Source: the human T2T-CHM13v2.0 reference genome, Homo sapiens
Reading direction: 5' to 3' (one strand)
DNA length: 64,000 nt
NCBI RefSeq assembly: GCF_009914755.1
Contig: NC_060927.1
Part shown: positions 1-14,566 of the stretch, piece by piece
How positions within the stretch are numbered: the stretch's first letter is position 1
How the letters are laid out: every line of letters begins with the position of its first letter
Position numbers and translations under genes: made by a program
Notes under the pieces: model-generated
The model's database searches: none
The model's input: the letters and a program-made list of their open reading frames with translations, nothing else
Told to the model about the DNA's origin: nothing

Positions 1-379
1 GCTCAGATAGAGTGGGTAAAGCTCAACTAGATTAGAAGCCCAGCTAAGCTAACAGAGAATGGTGCTGTGCTCAAAGTTTCTAGGGAAACTTAGAATCTGT
101 TAACAAAATTCATTATCAGTTCCTGTACCTACAAACGGACCCTAGCTATTTCAAGTCCATCTGTGAACTCTCCGGACATTAAGAGAACCATTGCTGAAAT
201 ATAAGAGTGATGGGTTAATTAGGGGAAAAAATCAGTATGCTAGTTTTATCAGGCTATTGTTTTCCGATTTCTTTTTTCAAAATTATGTTATGTAAATCTC
301 TACTTCCAGCTATAAAACATTAAAAGCTACTTGATAAGCCCTACTATTGTAAACGACATTTAAAATAGACAACATATAT

Positions 380-1920
380 TAGGCAGTTCTTTTCAGACAT
401 CGGACAACAGATAGTTTAAGTTTATAATCCATGATAGGAAGAAAATGCATGTGGTTAGCCAAATGATCAGACTTGCTCCATGCTGCATTCAACTAGAGTT
501 CAAAAAAGAACCATGGTGGTCCCCTGAGTAAAAGATCAGAAGTTAGAATGCAGAGAAGCAGAAGCAACTGGAAACTTCAGGGCTGTTCCCTAGAGAGAGG
601 GTAGGCAAGTGGGAAACCTCACATATTATTTGGAGAGTTCCCCCATAAATCCATGGATGACAGTTACATTGCGTATGCACAAGGGAAATCTTCAGGTTTA
701 TCACAGAGGGTATCAATTTATCAAACCTACTGTAGGTTTGAGAGACAAGCAAATGTACTAGAGGTCAAACAGTGCTGAGAGATTCTATATTTTGTGGTTC
801 ATTCAGAGTGAAATAGTATGTTTATAACAAAAGGCATCTGACTAAGACCTGGTTTATATGTAAGAATCAAATAACCACAAGTAAAAATGCATCTACACCT
901 GCTCTAAAAGGGCCTAAAGCCAAAGCTTCACAAGGTGTTCACAGAAGACAGAGATTGCAGTTTGAATCATGTCAAATTAGAAGGGCTTTGAAAACACTTT
1001 GGACTTTCTGTACAACTTCCCTAACAAACTCTCAATTTAAGCACACAAAACATCAACGTCATTAGCCAGTAATTCAACTACCTACTAGAACTAAAATCAA
1101 CATATGTCACAGGAAATTAGCACACTGCAGTTTCTACAATAGGTAATCGGTAACATAAAGCATAGAATAAAAATTATTAAACCTACAAAGAAAGCTGAAA
1201 ATGTGATTCAGACACCAAAACTAAAGCAGTATAAAAAAAGTTCTGAAAAGACATGGATTTTGAACCTAGCAGACAATGATTTAAAATCAGCTATTGATAA
1301 ATATGTTCACAAACTTTAAAAATATGATCTTAATGAATAAACAGAAAAAGGAGTTCAGCAAAGAAACAGACACTATAAATAAACAACCAAAGAGAAATTC
1401 TTTAATTGAAGCGTATCATAACTAAAATGAACAATTCACTGGGTAAGTATTGACAGAGTACAGACTCGGAGAACTTCAAAAGTTATCAGAGTGAAAGATC
1501 CAATCCGAACATAAACAAAATTGAAGAAAATTAACAGAGAATCAAGAAATCTATGATATAAGGCCCAAAGTTTAACATACCTGTAACCGAAATCCTAAAA
1601 GGAGAATAAAATGGGACTAGGGCAGAAAAAAGATTTGAAGATATACTACCTAAAGTTTTCCAAAATTTGAAGGAAAAAAAACAAACTATTATACAGATTC
1701 AGGAAGCTTAGTGATCTCTTAGAAGAATGCAGAGAAAACCATACCTAATTACATCACAGTAAAATCCATAAAAAACAAAGACGAAAAGAAAAGGCCAAAC
1801 TGGCTTCAACGTGGTATATTAAAATTAAATATACAAGTATAAAAGAGTAGTTGATTATTCATCGAAGCAATGAAGGCTAGAGATAATGGTTCAACATTAT
1901 TTAAATACTGAAAGTGGAGA
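380..1920 (+). mobile_element. Old, degraded LINE-1 (L1M/L1ME-type) 5'/ORF1 region
   Basis: A-rich + strand with ORF1-like phrases (aaaatcagctattgataaatatgttc; cagattcaggaagcttagtg; gaagcaatgaaggctagagataatgg). Boundaries approximate. Confidence 0.6.
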
Positions 1921-1999
1921 AAAAACACTTCTTTTCCATCAACTCAAAAACAAACTCCTTACTGATTTTATCATATATTTAATTGGTTATTCCAGTACA

Positions 2000-2975
2000 T
2001 TCTTCATGTTACAGCCAAGTGATGTTCTAATATGTGAATGAATTCATTCACATTTCTGCTTCTAACTCTACATTAGCTGCCATTTGTCTTGGTGATAAAA
2101 TCTAAACATACCATTGCTTAATATAGGAATGCAAAATACTCCAGCCTGGTTTCTTAACCCCACCTTTGTATTTTCTGCTTAAGCTATATTGAACTCCCTT
2201 TTCCAGCCAAGTGCTGTTTGTTTTCTCCTCCCTAACATTTAAAAACAAAGTTTTATTTTATACCAGTCTCCTCTGCATACTATCCCTCACTTTATATTTG
2301 CCTAGTATATAATTCAGGACATGCTAGGTTATACTCTAAGAACAAAAAGCCCCAAATTAGAATGGCTTAAAACACCAAAGGTTTAAATTTTATTTGCACA
2401 AATTATGCTGCTGACTCAGAAAACTTCCCAGTGCAGCCAACCTGCCTGTGATGATGTAGCCTTTACATCAAAAGAGGGAGAAAATTATGGAGAGTTGAGT
2501 CCTAGCGTTTTTTTATACCTGTATCAGAAAAATTTTTTAAAAAGTAAAAAATATAGTTCTTTCACTCAAAATTCACTGGCCAAAAGACAAGAAAGTTTCA
2601 TCCTTCTATATGCCGGGAAGCCAATCAAATTACCAGATGCTATAATATCCACCTCTAAATAACTCCTAGTGATCCTACCATCTTTAATCTGAAATGTCAG
2701 TTTTTGGAAGCCTTTCTTATCTACAACTCATTCACATTCCAGTTTTGATATCCCTCTCACACATATCTATTCTTTTCTTGGAGCATACCTTAGATCTCTC
2801 ACATCAACAATGATGCCATTGTGCTAGTGTGTGTTTAATTATGTATTTCTCCCAGCTTTAAGGAAAATGGCAGAAGGTCATTTTTGCAACAAACTGACTA
2901 GGTGTGATGGGCAAGGGATATGTTATTTATTAGTATTTCTTAAATGTACAAATAAAGGAGTGAATGAATTACCAC
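2000..2975 (+). mobile_element. L2 LINE 3' remnant, interrupted by an MLT1-like LTR
   Basis: L2-like phrases at ~2040-2110 and ~2700-2730, and a 3' tail gtgaatgaat at ~2960. Heavily diverged. Confidence 0.4.
2310..2660 (-). mobile_element. Old MaLR LTR (MLT1J/K/L-like)
   Basis: caggacatgctaggttatactctaagaacaaaaagccccaaattagaatggcttaaaacaccaaaggttt resembles the reverse-complemented MLT1 3' end. Confidence 0.45.
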
Positions 2976-3772
2976 ATAAGGCAAAAATGATCAACAGATT
3001 TTTAGAGAGAATTTAGTATATTACCTTCATGGTATTGTATCTAAAATAAAAAGTTTAAAATACCTTACATTTTACAAAACTATTATGCAATTAATTCTTA
3101 AAGATAAATAAAGTATCACCCAACAGAGTAGTGGAATAATAATAGGCTAAAACCTATTGATTAAGTTGGAAAATTAAAGGAAAAATATGAAATAAATAAA
3201 AAGCATTGATGGTGTTTATCTGATTTTTGTTTACTTAGTATGTCATTTGCAACTATTTTAAATCTAAAATTCTTAAAGATGCTGCAAGTATCTAATTTTT
3301 TTTTAACTTCACAGTTTTGAGTTTCTGGCATCTCTATCAAGCAAATTGTAAATCCAAAAAGATAGAAAAAATCCATAAAAAGGTATTCCAAGAAAATATG
3401 TAACACCGTGAATGCTGGCTGGTAAATGTGACTTCAGTGTTCTCTTTCATTACCATCACTACCTCAAGATTATGTTTGACTCGATTATTTCAGACTCACT
3501 CTACTTATGTTATCAAAATATATAAAAAGACAAGATAAATTGGAAACATCATGTATAATGCTTGGAAATCTCTTTTGTGTATTCACACTCTGATAATATC
3601 CATCATGAAGTTTTTATTCATGTTTAAATATGTAAAAACCTGTTTATTCTCTTAGTTGAAGGACATAATTTGCACTAATGCTTATATAATTGAGGCATAG
3701 AGTTCTAACACAGTAAGCATAGAAATTCATATGAACTAAGAGAAATATCTGAATTCTTGATAGTAAATAATA

Positions 3773-3813
3773 TTACTGTCAATGGCAAAAAACGCAATTA
3801 CTTTTGCACCAAC
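3773..3813. mobile_element. Half of a MADE1 mariner MITE
   Basis: aatggcaaaaaacgcaattacttttgcaccaac is one arm (TIR) of the ~80-bp MADE1 palindrome; the other arm is absent. Confidence 0.85.
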
Positions 3814-4109
3814 AGTTTGCAGAAACATTTATGACACAAATAAGAGAGAATTGCAAAGAAGGTACTGCCAAACTACCTTTTACATCTATTCATGCATTTA
3901 TTTATTTGTCATAGAAAATAAAACTCTGATACCAATATATCAATTTTAATGTATTTTTTAAAGTATACATGCAGTATAAAGACAATGTAATATATGTCTA
4001 TCCCTATACAACGGAATGTTCTGTATTAAATAAAGTTATATTGTTGAATAAGATTAGTAGAACTTTTCAAATCATAGTAAGTAAAATATTCATATAAAAG
4101 TCTATTTGA

Positions 4110-4402
4110 GGTATAACATGGTGGCTCATGCCTGTAATCCCAACACTTGGGGATGCTGAGGCAGGGGGATCGCTTGAGGCCAGGAGTTTGAGACCAGAGT
4201 TGGCAACATAACAAAATTCCATCTTGACAAAAATACAAAAGTTAGCTGGGCATGGTGGTGGGCACCTGTAGTCACAGCAGCTTGGGAAGCCAAGGCGAGA
4301 ATATCACTTTAACCCAGGAGTTCAAGGTTATGGTGAGCAATGATTCTGCCACTGCACCCTAGTCTGGGTGACAGAGTGAGATCTTGTCTCAAAATGAAAA
4401 AA
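4110..4402 (+). mobile_element. Alu (AluJ-like)
   Basis: Dimeric Alu with short A tail; degenerate TSD aaaagtctatttga / aaaagtgggtttga. Confidence 0.95.
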
Positions 4403-5406
4403 GTGGGTTTGAAACATTTCAAATTTTATAAAAAATATTTACTCATGGTTAATAATGATAATTAAATAATAACTAATATTTGTTAAAACAATTTAAGCCA
4501 GCCACTTAGCTAGGTGATTATGCTATTTCATTTAAAAAGAATAAAATGCAAAATAAAATTTAAAAAGACATTTAATATTTGGTGTTTTATAAAGGAAAAA
4601 GTTACTTAAATCCTATTATTGAATGAGTCATAGCATTTAATTCTTAAAATTTCTTTATAATGTCTATTTTCAAAACTGCACCAATAAATTATTATTAATC
4701 TACAATAAAAATAATAAATACCATGAACACAGTTTTTCTGAAGAAGTTCTTTAAAATTATCAAAACGTTAACATTAAAGACTATGTTTTAAAAAAGTGAA
4801 ATTAACAAAATCCATAAATTAAGAGTAAAATAGAACTCAACTAGCAGTCATATTAACAAAAAGAGAAATCTTTAATTCTAGATTATTCATAATCAAGGTA
4901 AATTTTGACTTCCTAGTGAGAAAATATTCCTTCTTTCAGGAAAATTCACTTAATATATAGAACTATAAAATATGTTTTTCTTTGTACTGTCTTTCATCTT
5001 CATAATCGTGGAACCATTTGCCATATGTGTACTCTATGTAGGATAATTAAGTCAGCCATTAGAAAACAGTTAAGTTTTATCGTATTACAGTCACATATGG
5101 ATTTCAAATCATTTTAACTTCTTTAGTAGATCCTGTGAAGTAGGAAAACTAAGAGTCCAAACATTAGAAAATATTCGGACTCAGTCTTTTCCTGGGTCTG
5201 GAAAGGATTATGAATGTCAGCACCCTTTTCTCTGGGGACCCTTGGAAGTGCGTCAGGCAAGAATATTTATTTAATTTCATTCACCTTCATAAATATAGCC
5301 ATTATATATTTGTTTATTTTTTTAACAGAACAAAACAGTGCTATAGAGGGGAAGCCCAAAGGAAAGTCTAATTCCAAATTGATAATCATACTCAGATAAT
5401 CATAAT

Positions 5407-5712
5407 CTTTTGTTTTTTCTTTTTTTTTTGGAGACAGAGTCTTGCTCTGTTGCCCAGGCTGAAGAGCAGTGGCATTATCTCTGTTCACTGTAACCTCCAC
5501 ATCCCAGGTTTGAGAGATTCTCCTGCCTCTGCCTCCTGAGTAGCTAGGATTACAGGCGTGTGCCATCACACCCGGGTTTTTTTTTGTATTTTTAGTAGAG
5601 ACGGGGTTTTGCCATGTTGGCCAGGCTGGTCTGGAACTCGGGCCTCAAGAGATCTGCCAGTCTCACCTTCACAAAGTGATAAGATTACAAGTGTGAGCCA
5701 CTGCACCCAGTC
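5407..5712 (-). mobile_element. Alu (AluS/Jb-like)
   Basis: Poly-T followed by reverse Alu; TSD agataatcataatctt / agataatcataaactt. Confidence 0.95.
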
Positions 5713-5959
5713 AGATAATCATAAACTTATGACTAACCAGGTCCTTTTCTCTTCATAAGGTAGTTTAGAAAACATCTATCACTACTATAATTTGATGGAA
5801 AGAGTAAAAAGGAATGTGTGTACCATGTAGACATTGTACTTATATTAATACTGCCATTTCAAGTAGTTTTCTTTTTTTGCTTAAATATGTACAATTTTAT
5901 TTGTCAATTATTCCTCAATAAACCTGGAAAAACTTTGAAAGAATATGCTCGAAGAAAAA

Positions 5960-6605
5960 ACCATATCACTTCACCTAAATCCAGTACTGCCCCACACTCT
6001 AGAGGTCTCCTTTGCTTGTCCTCAGCCTTGCCCATCCCCAAGGGCTGGGGAATATTCTGGCTGACAGACATGTCCATCTGGGGCTCATCTCCCACCTCTC
6101 CTGGTTATTTTTATTTCATGATTCAGATATCTTAGGATACAGAATCCCTGTTAATTTTCATTTTTTTTGGAGTCTGTTTACCTGAGGTTAGACCATATTC
6201 ACTATGCACACTCCTAGACCAAAAGGTGGCCAAGGACCAACTGTGGGAGTGGGAGTGGGAGTGGGGAACTGTAGTATGGGTGGTGTTTGAACACATGAAC
6301 TGGGGTGTCCACACGCATGTGCAGGATGGACCGAGGGCTAGGAGGAGAAGGGAAACCCAGCTCCTGGCCAGATGACTGGAGGCTGGCTCTCCTTGCATTG
6401 CTGTGTGCTAGCATAAACTTGTAGGAGTTTGCAAATTTTAAATGTGATCTTGGCTTCTAGGTTATTATGAAGATATGTGGTCAAAGTAACAGTACATCTT
6501 TTTTTGTTTTGTTAACTTGCCTTATAAAACTTTAAGTATTTAGGCACATGGCTGAATAGTCTTCATTTGCATTTTTGTCCCAACCATGGCAACAGTCAGG
6601 ACAGG
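5960..6605 (+). mobile_element. hAT-Tip100 DNA transposon relic (MER115-like)
   Basis: GC-richer island ending tttaagtatttaggcacatgg...catttgcatttttgtccc, resembling the MER115/Zaphod terminus as recalled; contains a short (GGGAGT)n. Confidence 0.45.
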
Positions 6606-6650
6606 ATGGCTTGGATACACTAATTGTCAGCATTTTGCCACATTTGCTTT

Positions 6651-6682
6651 CTCTGTCTGTCTGTCTGTCTATCTGTCTGTCT
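6651..6682 (+). repeat. (TCTG)n microsatellite
   Basis: Directly visible; imperfect. Confidence 0.9.
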
Positions 6683-6714
6683 ACATTCTACCTGCCTATG
6701 TAGCAATGGGCCTC

Positions 6715-8628
<1,914 letters not shown>

Positions 8629-10095
8629 TAGTTTTCAATGTATATCTTCATCTTCCTAAGTAGTTTGAGGTACATACACATATTTTCACCTTGTCATGTT
8701 TGAAATGTTTGGCCTCAAGACATATTAACCCTCATTATAGATCCGTACTGGACACTTGCTGTGATATCTATTTCCCTTAAGCCAACTGCAGTTTATTTGA
8801 GAGCGAATTCTAGAAAAGGAGAAAACAATTAATGCTAATGCAGATGCCGAAGAGCTACATCTAGGAGTAGAATTAGGGCTGTGCTTTAAGGCAAACCTGT
8901 CAGGCATGAAGAGCAAAGCAGTTAAAGTTCCCAGATTCTCTGGGAGTCCAGGGTAGGTACAGAATGACGAAAATAGCAAGTGAGGCAAATGGAGAATATA
9001 GTCACCCAAGATATCTCTTTTTATCTAGGGAAACTTAGGATCAAGTATACTTAGCTGTATTGGCTGTATTTACTAAATGTTAATACAGTTAATTAGCTGT
9101 ATTAACTAAATGTTTTACCGTAACTTTCAGGTATACATGTCTTCTAAATTTAGCATGTTCCAAGCAATTTGCAAAATAAGGTAATCTGAAAATATTTCAT
9201 AAAAGTAATTACCTGTAAAAATGTGCTGTAAAATGAGTTTAGTGTTATACTTATGTATTCACATTTTTATTTTTGTTAAATTGAATTGAAACCATTTCTT
9301 GACTGAAAACTCTTCATAGTTCTAAATGAAGGTGCATAGAAACATGTGTTAGTTCTTTTGAGAATTTGTTTTTTTAATTCTAACGACACACAATTGCCTA
9401 TTAAAAATAACTTTTACTTCAAAAAAAGAAGAAGAAATGCTCTAATTAGCTAATAAAGAGTGTCTTTAGTTTCAGGTTGCTTAGAAGGTTCATAAGAGAC
9501 TGCAAAAAACATTTCATTACTATCCTAGGTGAGACAACTCAAGTCACTATTTCCAGTAAAATTATACATGTTTCATATACCTATATGTATGCGTATGCAG
9601 AGACAAAGATGGATATATACACAAACACATTGTTTAAATATGTAGGAGTGTTTATATGTTGTATATATAATCATATTTTATATGAAATAATCACTATGTT
9701 AAAATTTGAAAGCAAGTTGATACAGTGATTAAAATTATGAAAAAAATTTAAAATAAGGAAAGACTTTGTAATGTTTTTCTTATTGTTTAAATAGGGCAAA
9801 AAGTGATAAGCCAATTCAGTGAACAAACATTAAAAAAATTAAAGCTGTGTCTATACAGCTTATATATTTACATTATATATGTATATATGCACAGAGTTTC
9901 ACAAAGGATGGTGACTTCAGCAGAAGTTTTATCATAAAATGAAATGTCATAAAAGAAAATAAAAAGATACCCCTTTCCCAAAATAAAAAATGAAAAGTTG
10001 TCCTTTATGTTTTCAACATAAAAATAAGCCTCAGTTTCTCACATCGACACATATAAACACTGTAGTACATTGCAGCTGCTTGGGAATCTGTAAGA

Positions 10096-10098
10096 AAA

Positions 10099-10133
<35 letters not shown>
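10096..10133 (+). repeat. (AAAT)n microsatellite
   Basis: About 9 perfect units. Confidence 0.95.
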
Positions 10134-11124
10134 CAGCTATTTTTAATGAAATAAGTTGCCAGATAGTCATGACTCTTGATAGTGCTTACAAGGAAGAGAT
10201 TTTCTTTCCTATTTAAGCATGAAAAAAGAAGGCAGGCATGCTTAATGGCTTTTTAGGGTTGATAGTTTGTTTCAAATGTGCTCCACAAAATGTTGGCTTT
10301 GAAGATGATTCTTTTTAACAGTCTCAGACTGAGATTTTGGAATTCTTATTTTTGGTATGATTTTTGCACAATTAAAGGATATACATATAAAATTTGTAAG
10401 GAAATAAAGACTAATCCATCTGAAAACCAAAGAAAAGTCCTAATAAAACAATACAAAAACAAATATGATATCTTTGTTTAAAACATTATCTAGTATTAGC
10501 AGTATAAAGAATAAATAAAGCCAAATATTCAAAACTTTCTCTTGATCTACTGGATTTTAAATTTCAAAGAGATATTTGCAATGCCCAATGGTAGGATCTC
10601 AGAGTTATAAGAAACCTATTTTTGTCAAAGTTCTTTTTATATTCTTTATGAATTTCCTTAAAGACAAAACACTTTATCATTTGCCAATAGCTTTAAAGAA
10701 AATAAAGTATCAGAATAAAGCAATTAACTGTGGACAACAAGACTTAAAATGATCATGGCTAAAGACACAATTGACAAGGAAATATGGCTGTTTATGTGGC
10801 ATAATTAGCCATAATTATGACTTATAACCTATATCAAGACATATTAGAATTGTAGGAATCTCATATAATTCTGGAACACATATTAATAGCATATTCATGC
10901 AATTATAATACAAATAAAGTTTACACATCATTTCTTATTTAATAATGTTTAATAATACTTCCTATATAATTTAACATATCAAATAAGCCTGTTCATTATT
11001 TCTTCAGATATTTCAAGGACTTGGGACATCCCAAAGTTAGCTTCAGATCAAAAAGACTAAATATAGAATTTGAAATTTGATTTTAAGAAGCCTCTCAAAT
11101 ATGTCAAGGGTTTAAAACACTTTG

Positions 11125-12236
11125 TGTTAGCAGCAGCAAATCCATATGAGTCTGCAGCAACTCAATTCTTGGCTCCTCAAAGGAAATAATTTGCCCAAGG
11201 AGCATAAGGCAGAGTGAGAGATCAAGGCATGTTTTTGAGCAGGAGTGAAAGTTTATTAAAAAGTATTAGAGCAGAAATGAAGGGAAGTAAAGTACACTTG
11301 GAAAAGGGCCGAGCGGGCAACTTTAAAGTTCCAAGTGTGTTATTTAACTTTTTACTTGTGGTTTTATGTATTGCCATGGCACTGGGATTTGCTAGTTTCT
11401 TCTCTCCCGATTCTTCCCTTGGAGTGGGCTTTTTGAATGTGCGGTGATCTGTCTGCACTTGGGAGGGCCCACGTGCACAGTGTGTTTACTTAAGTTGTAA
11501 ATGCACTCAAATGCATGCTCACTTGAGGTGATTTTCCCTTACCAGTCGAGTGTTCCTAGAGGAAGGTGATAAAGGAAAACTTCAGCCTAATTAAATGTAA
11601 AGGAGTTTAATTGAGAAAAGAACAATTCACCAATCAGGCAACCTTGCGAGCCAGAGTAGGCTTAGAGACTCCAGCACAGCCATGTGGTAGAAGAAAATTC
11701 ATGGGCAGAAAAAGGAAAGTGACATATAAAAAACAGAAGTGAGATACAGAAACATCTAGATTGGTTACAGCTCGGTGTTTGCCTTATTTGAACACAGTTC
11801 AAATAGTTGGCTACATACAACTGGCCTAAACTCGGTAATTGGCACAAATGTAGGCACAGTCTGTTTGTACCTCCACTTGTTATAGTTCACAATGTGCAGA
11901 AAAACATTTAAGTCAAACTTAAAATATGTAAGGAGACTGCTTTAGGCTAAGCTTGATTTAACAATGGTCATATACCAGTTAAACTCCACCATTTTGCCTC
12001 TTAGTGCACGTGCTTCAGCCTGCTCACCCAGCTCCTGAGATCTTATCAAGAAGTCGTTGCTCATCAGCTTCATATGTTTTCTATCTATTGGAAGATTGCT
12101 GTGCCCTGGTGCCAGCTGTAACCAATTATTATTTTACAGAAACAGTTTAACAACCTCCTGACCATCACCTGGTGCTCACCTGACACTCCTGGTGGAGGGA
12201 CATTTGTTGCCTGCTTATGTCCTCCTAGCTTGAACA
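11125..12236 (-). mobile_element. MER50 solo LTR (ERV1), interrupted by MER57
   Basis: TG..CA ends; tgttagcagcagcaaatccatatgagtctgcagcaactcaattctt is MER50-like; 4-bp TSD tttg/cttg. Confidence 0.8.
11567..11963 (-). mobile_element. MER57A/B solo LTR (ERV1)
   Basis: Ends aaaatatgtaaggagactgctttaggctaagcttgatttaaca; 4-bp TSD aagg/atgg; MER50 text resumes exactly after it. Confidence 0.85.
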
Positions 12237-12334
12237 CTTGGTCAAAATGGGATCACAGGTCACTGCAAAATAATAGTCATTCATTTAGCAGAGGTGAGAA
12301 TTAAAAAATTTTTAAAAGCAAAAACCTTTCTCAT

Positions 12335-14566
12335 TAATATGGTTTGGCTGTGTCCCCACCCATATTTTATCTTGAACTGTAACTCCCGCAATTCCCATGT
12401 GTCTTTCTTGTACTGTTCATGTGAGAGTGAATATGTCTCATGACATCTGATGTCTTTAAAAAGAGAAGTTCTCCAGCACAAGTTCTCTCTCTTTGCCTTC
12501 TGCCATCCATGTAAGATATGACTTTCTCCTCCTTGCCTTCTGCCATGATTGCGAGGCTTCCTCAGCCTTGTGGAACTGTAAGTCCATTAAACTTCTTTTT
12601 TTTCCCCAGTCTAGGGTATGTCTTTATCAGCAGCGTGAAAATGGACTAACACAGTAAATTAGTACAAGTAGAGTGGGGTGCTGCTAAAAAGATACCCAAA
12701 AATGTGGAAGTGACTTTGGAACTCAGTAACCGGTAGAGTTTGGAACAGTTTGGAGGGCTCAGAAGAAGATAGAAAAATGTGGGAAAGTTTGGAACTCCCT
12801 AGAGACTTGTTTAATGGCTTTGACCAAAATGCTGATAATGATATGGACAACGAAATCCAGGCTGAGGCGGCCTTAGATGAAGATGAGGAAATTGTTGGGA
12901 ACTGGAGCAAAGGAAACTCTTGTCATGTTGTAGCAAAGAGACTGACAGCATTTTTCCACTGCCCTAGATATTTGTGAAAATTTGAACTTAAGAGAGATGA
13001 TTTACAGTATCTGACAGAAGAAATTTCTAAACAGCAAAGCATTCAAGAGATGACTTGGGTGCTCTTAAAGGCATTCAGTTTTAAAAGGGAAATAGAGCAT
13101 AAAAGTTTAAAAAATTTGCAGCCTGACAATGTGATAGAAAAGAAAATCCCATTTTTCTGAGGAGAAATTCAAGCTGGCTGCAGAAATTTGCATAAGCAAT
13201 AAGAAGATGAATGTTAATCCCCAAGACAATGGGGAAATTATCTCCAGGGCACATCAGAGACCTTTGCAGCAGACCCTCCCATTACAAGCCTGGAGGTTTA
13301 GGAGAAAAAAAATGGTTTTGTGGTCCAGGACCAGGGTCCCTATACTGTGTTCAGTCTAGGGACTTTGTGCCCTGTGTCCCAGTCTCTCCAGACATGACTG
13401 AAAGGGGCCAAGATAAAGCTCAGGCTGTGGCTTCAAAGGGTGAAAGCCCCAAGCCTCGGCAGCTTCCATGTGGTGTTGAGCCTGTGAGTGCACAGAAGTC
13501 AAGAATTCAGGTTTGGGAACCTCCATCTAGATTTCAGAAGATGTGTGGAAATGGCTGAATGTCCAGGCAGAAACTTGCTATAGGGGCAGGGCCCTCCGGG
13601 AGAACCTCCACTGGGGCAGTGCAGAAGGGAAGTGTGGGGTTGGAACACCCACACGGAGCCCCTACCGGGGAACCGCCTAGTGGAGCTGTAAGAAGAGGGC
13701 CACCATCCTCCAGACCCCAGAATGGTAAATCCACCAATGGCTTGCAACGTGCACCTGGAACAGACACAGACTCTCAATTCCAGCCAGTGAAAGCAGCCAG
13801 GGGTGGAGCTTCCCAAGGCCATGGGAGCCTACCTCTTGCATTAGCATGATGTGGACATGAGACATGGAGTCAAAGGAGATTATTTTGGAGCTTTAAGATT
13901 TGACTGCCCTGCTGGATTTTGGACTTGCATGGGGCCTGTAGTCTCTTTGTTTTGGCAAATTTCTCTCATTTGGAACAGCTGTATTTACCCAATACTTGTA
14001 CCCCCTTGTATCTAGGAAGTAACTGGCTTGCTTTTGATTCTACAGGCTCAAAGGTGGAACGGACTTACCTTGTCTCAGATGAGACTTTGGAATGTAGGCT
14101 TTTGAGTTAATGATGAAAAGAATTAAGATTTGGGGTACTGTTGGGAAGGCATGATTTGTTTTGAAATGTGAGCACATGAGATTTCGGAGGGGCCAGAGGT
14201 GGAATTATATGGTTTGGCTGTGTCCCTACCCAAATCTCATCTTGATTTGTAACTCACACAATTCCCATGTGTCTTAGGAGGGACCCAGTGGGAGGTAATT
14301 GAATCATGGGGTTGGGTCATTTTGTTCTGTTCTCATGATAGTAATTTATTGTCATGAGATCTGATGGATTTAAAGAGGGGAGTTCCCCTGCACAAGCTCT
14401 CTCTCTTTGCCTGCTGCCGTTCATGCAATAAGTGACTTGCTCCTCTCTCCTTTCGACCATGACTGTGAGGCTTCCCTAGCCATGTGGAGCTCTAAGTCCA
14501 TTAAACCTCTTTTTCTCCCCAGTCTTGGTTATGTCTTTATCAGCAGCATGAAAATGGACTAATACA
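12335..14566 (+). mobile_element. Complete THE1 (THE1A-like) MaLR: LTR 12335-12653, internal 12654-14204, LTR 14205-14566
   Basis: Two LTRs (atatggtttggctgtgtcc...atggactaataca); internal ORF remnants (MWESLELPRDL, 12750-12977); purine tract before the 3' LTR. Confidence 0.95.
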
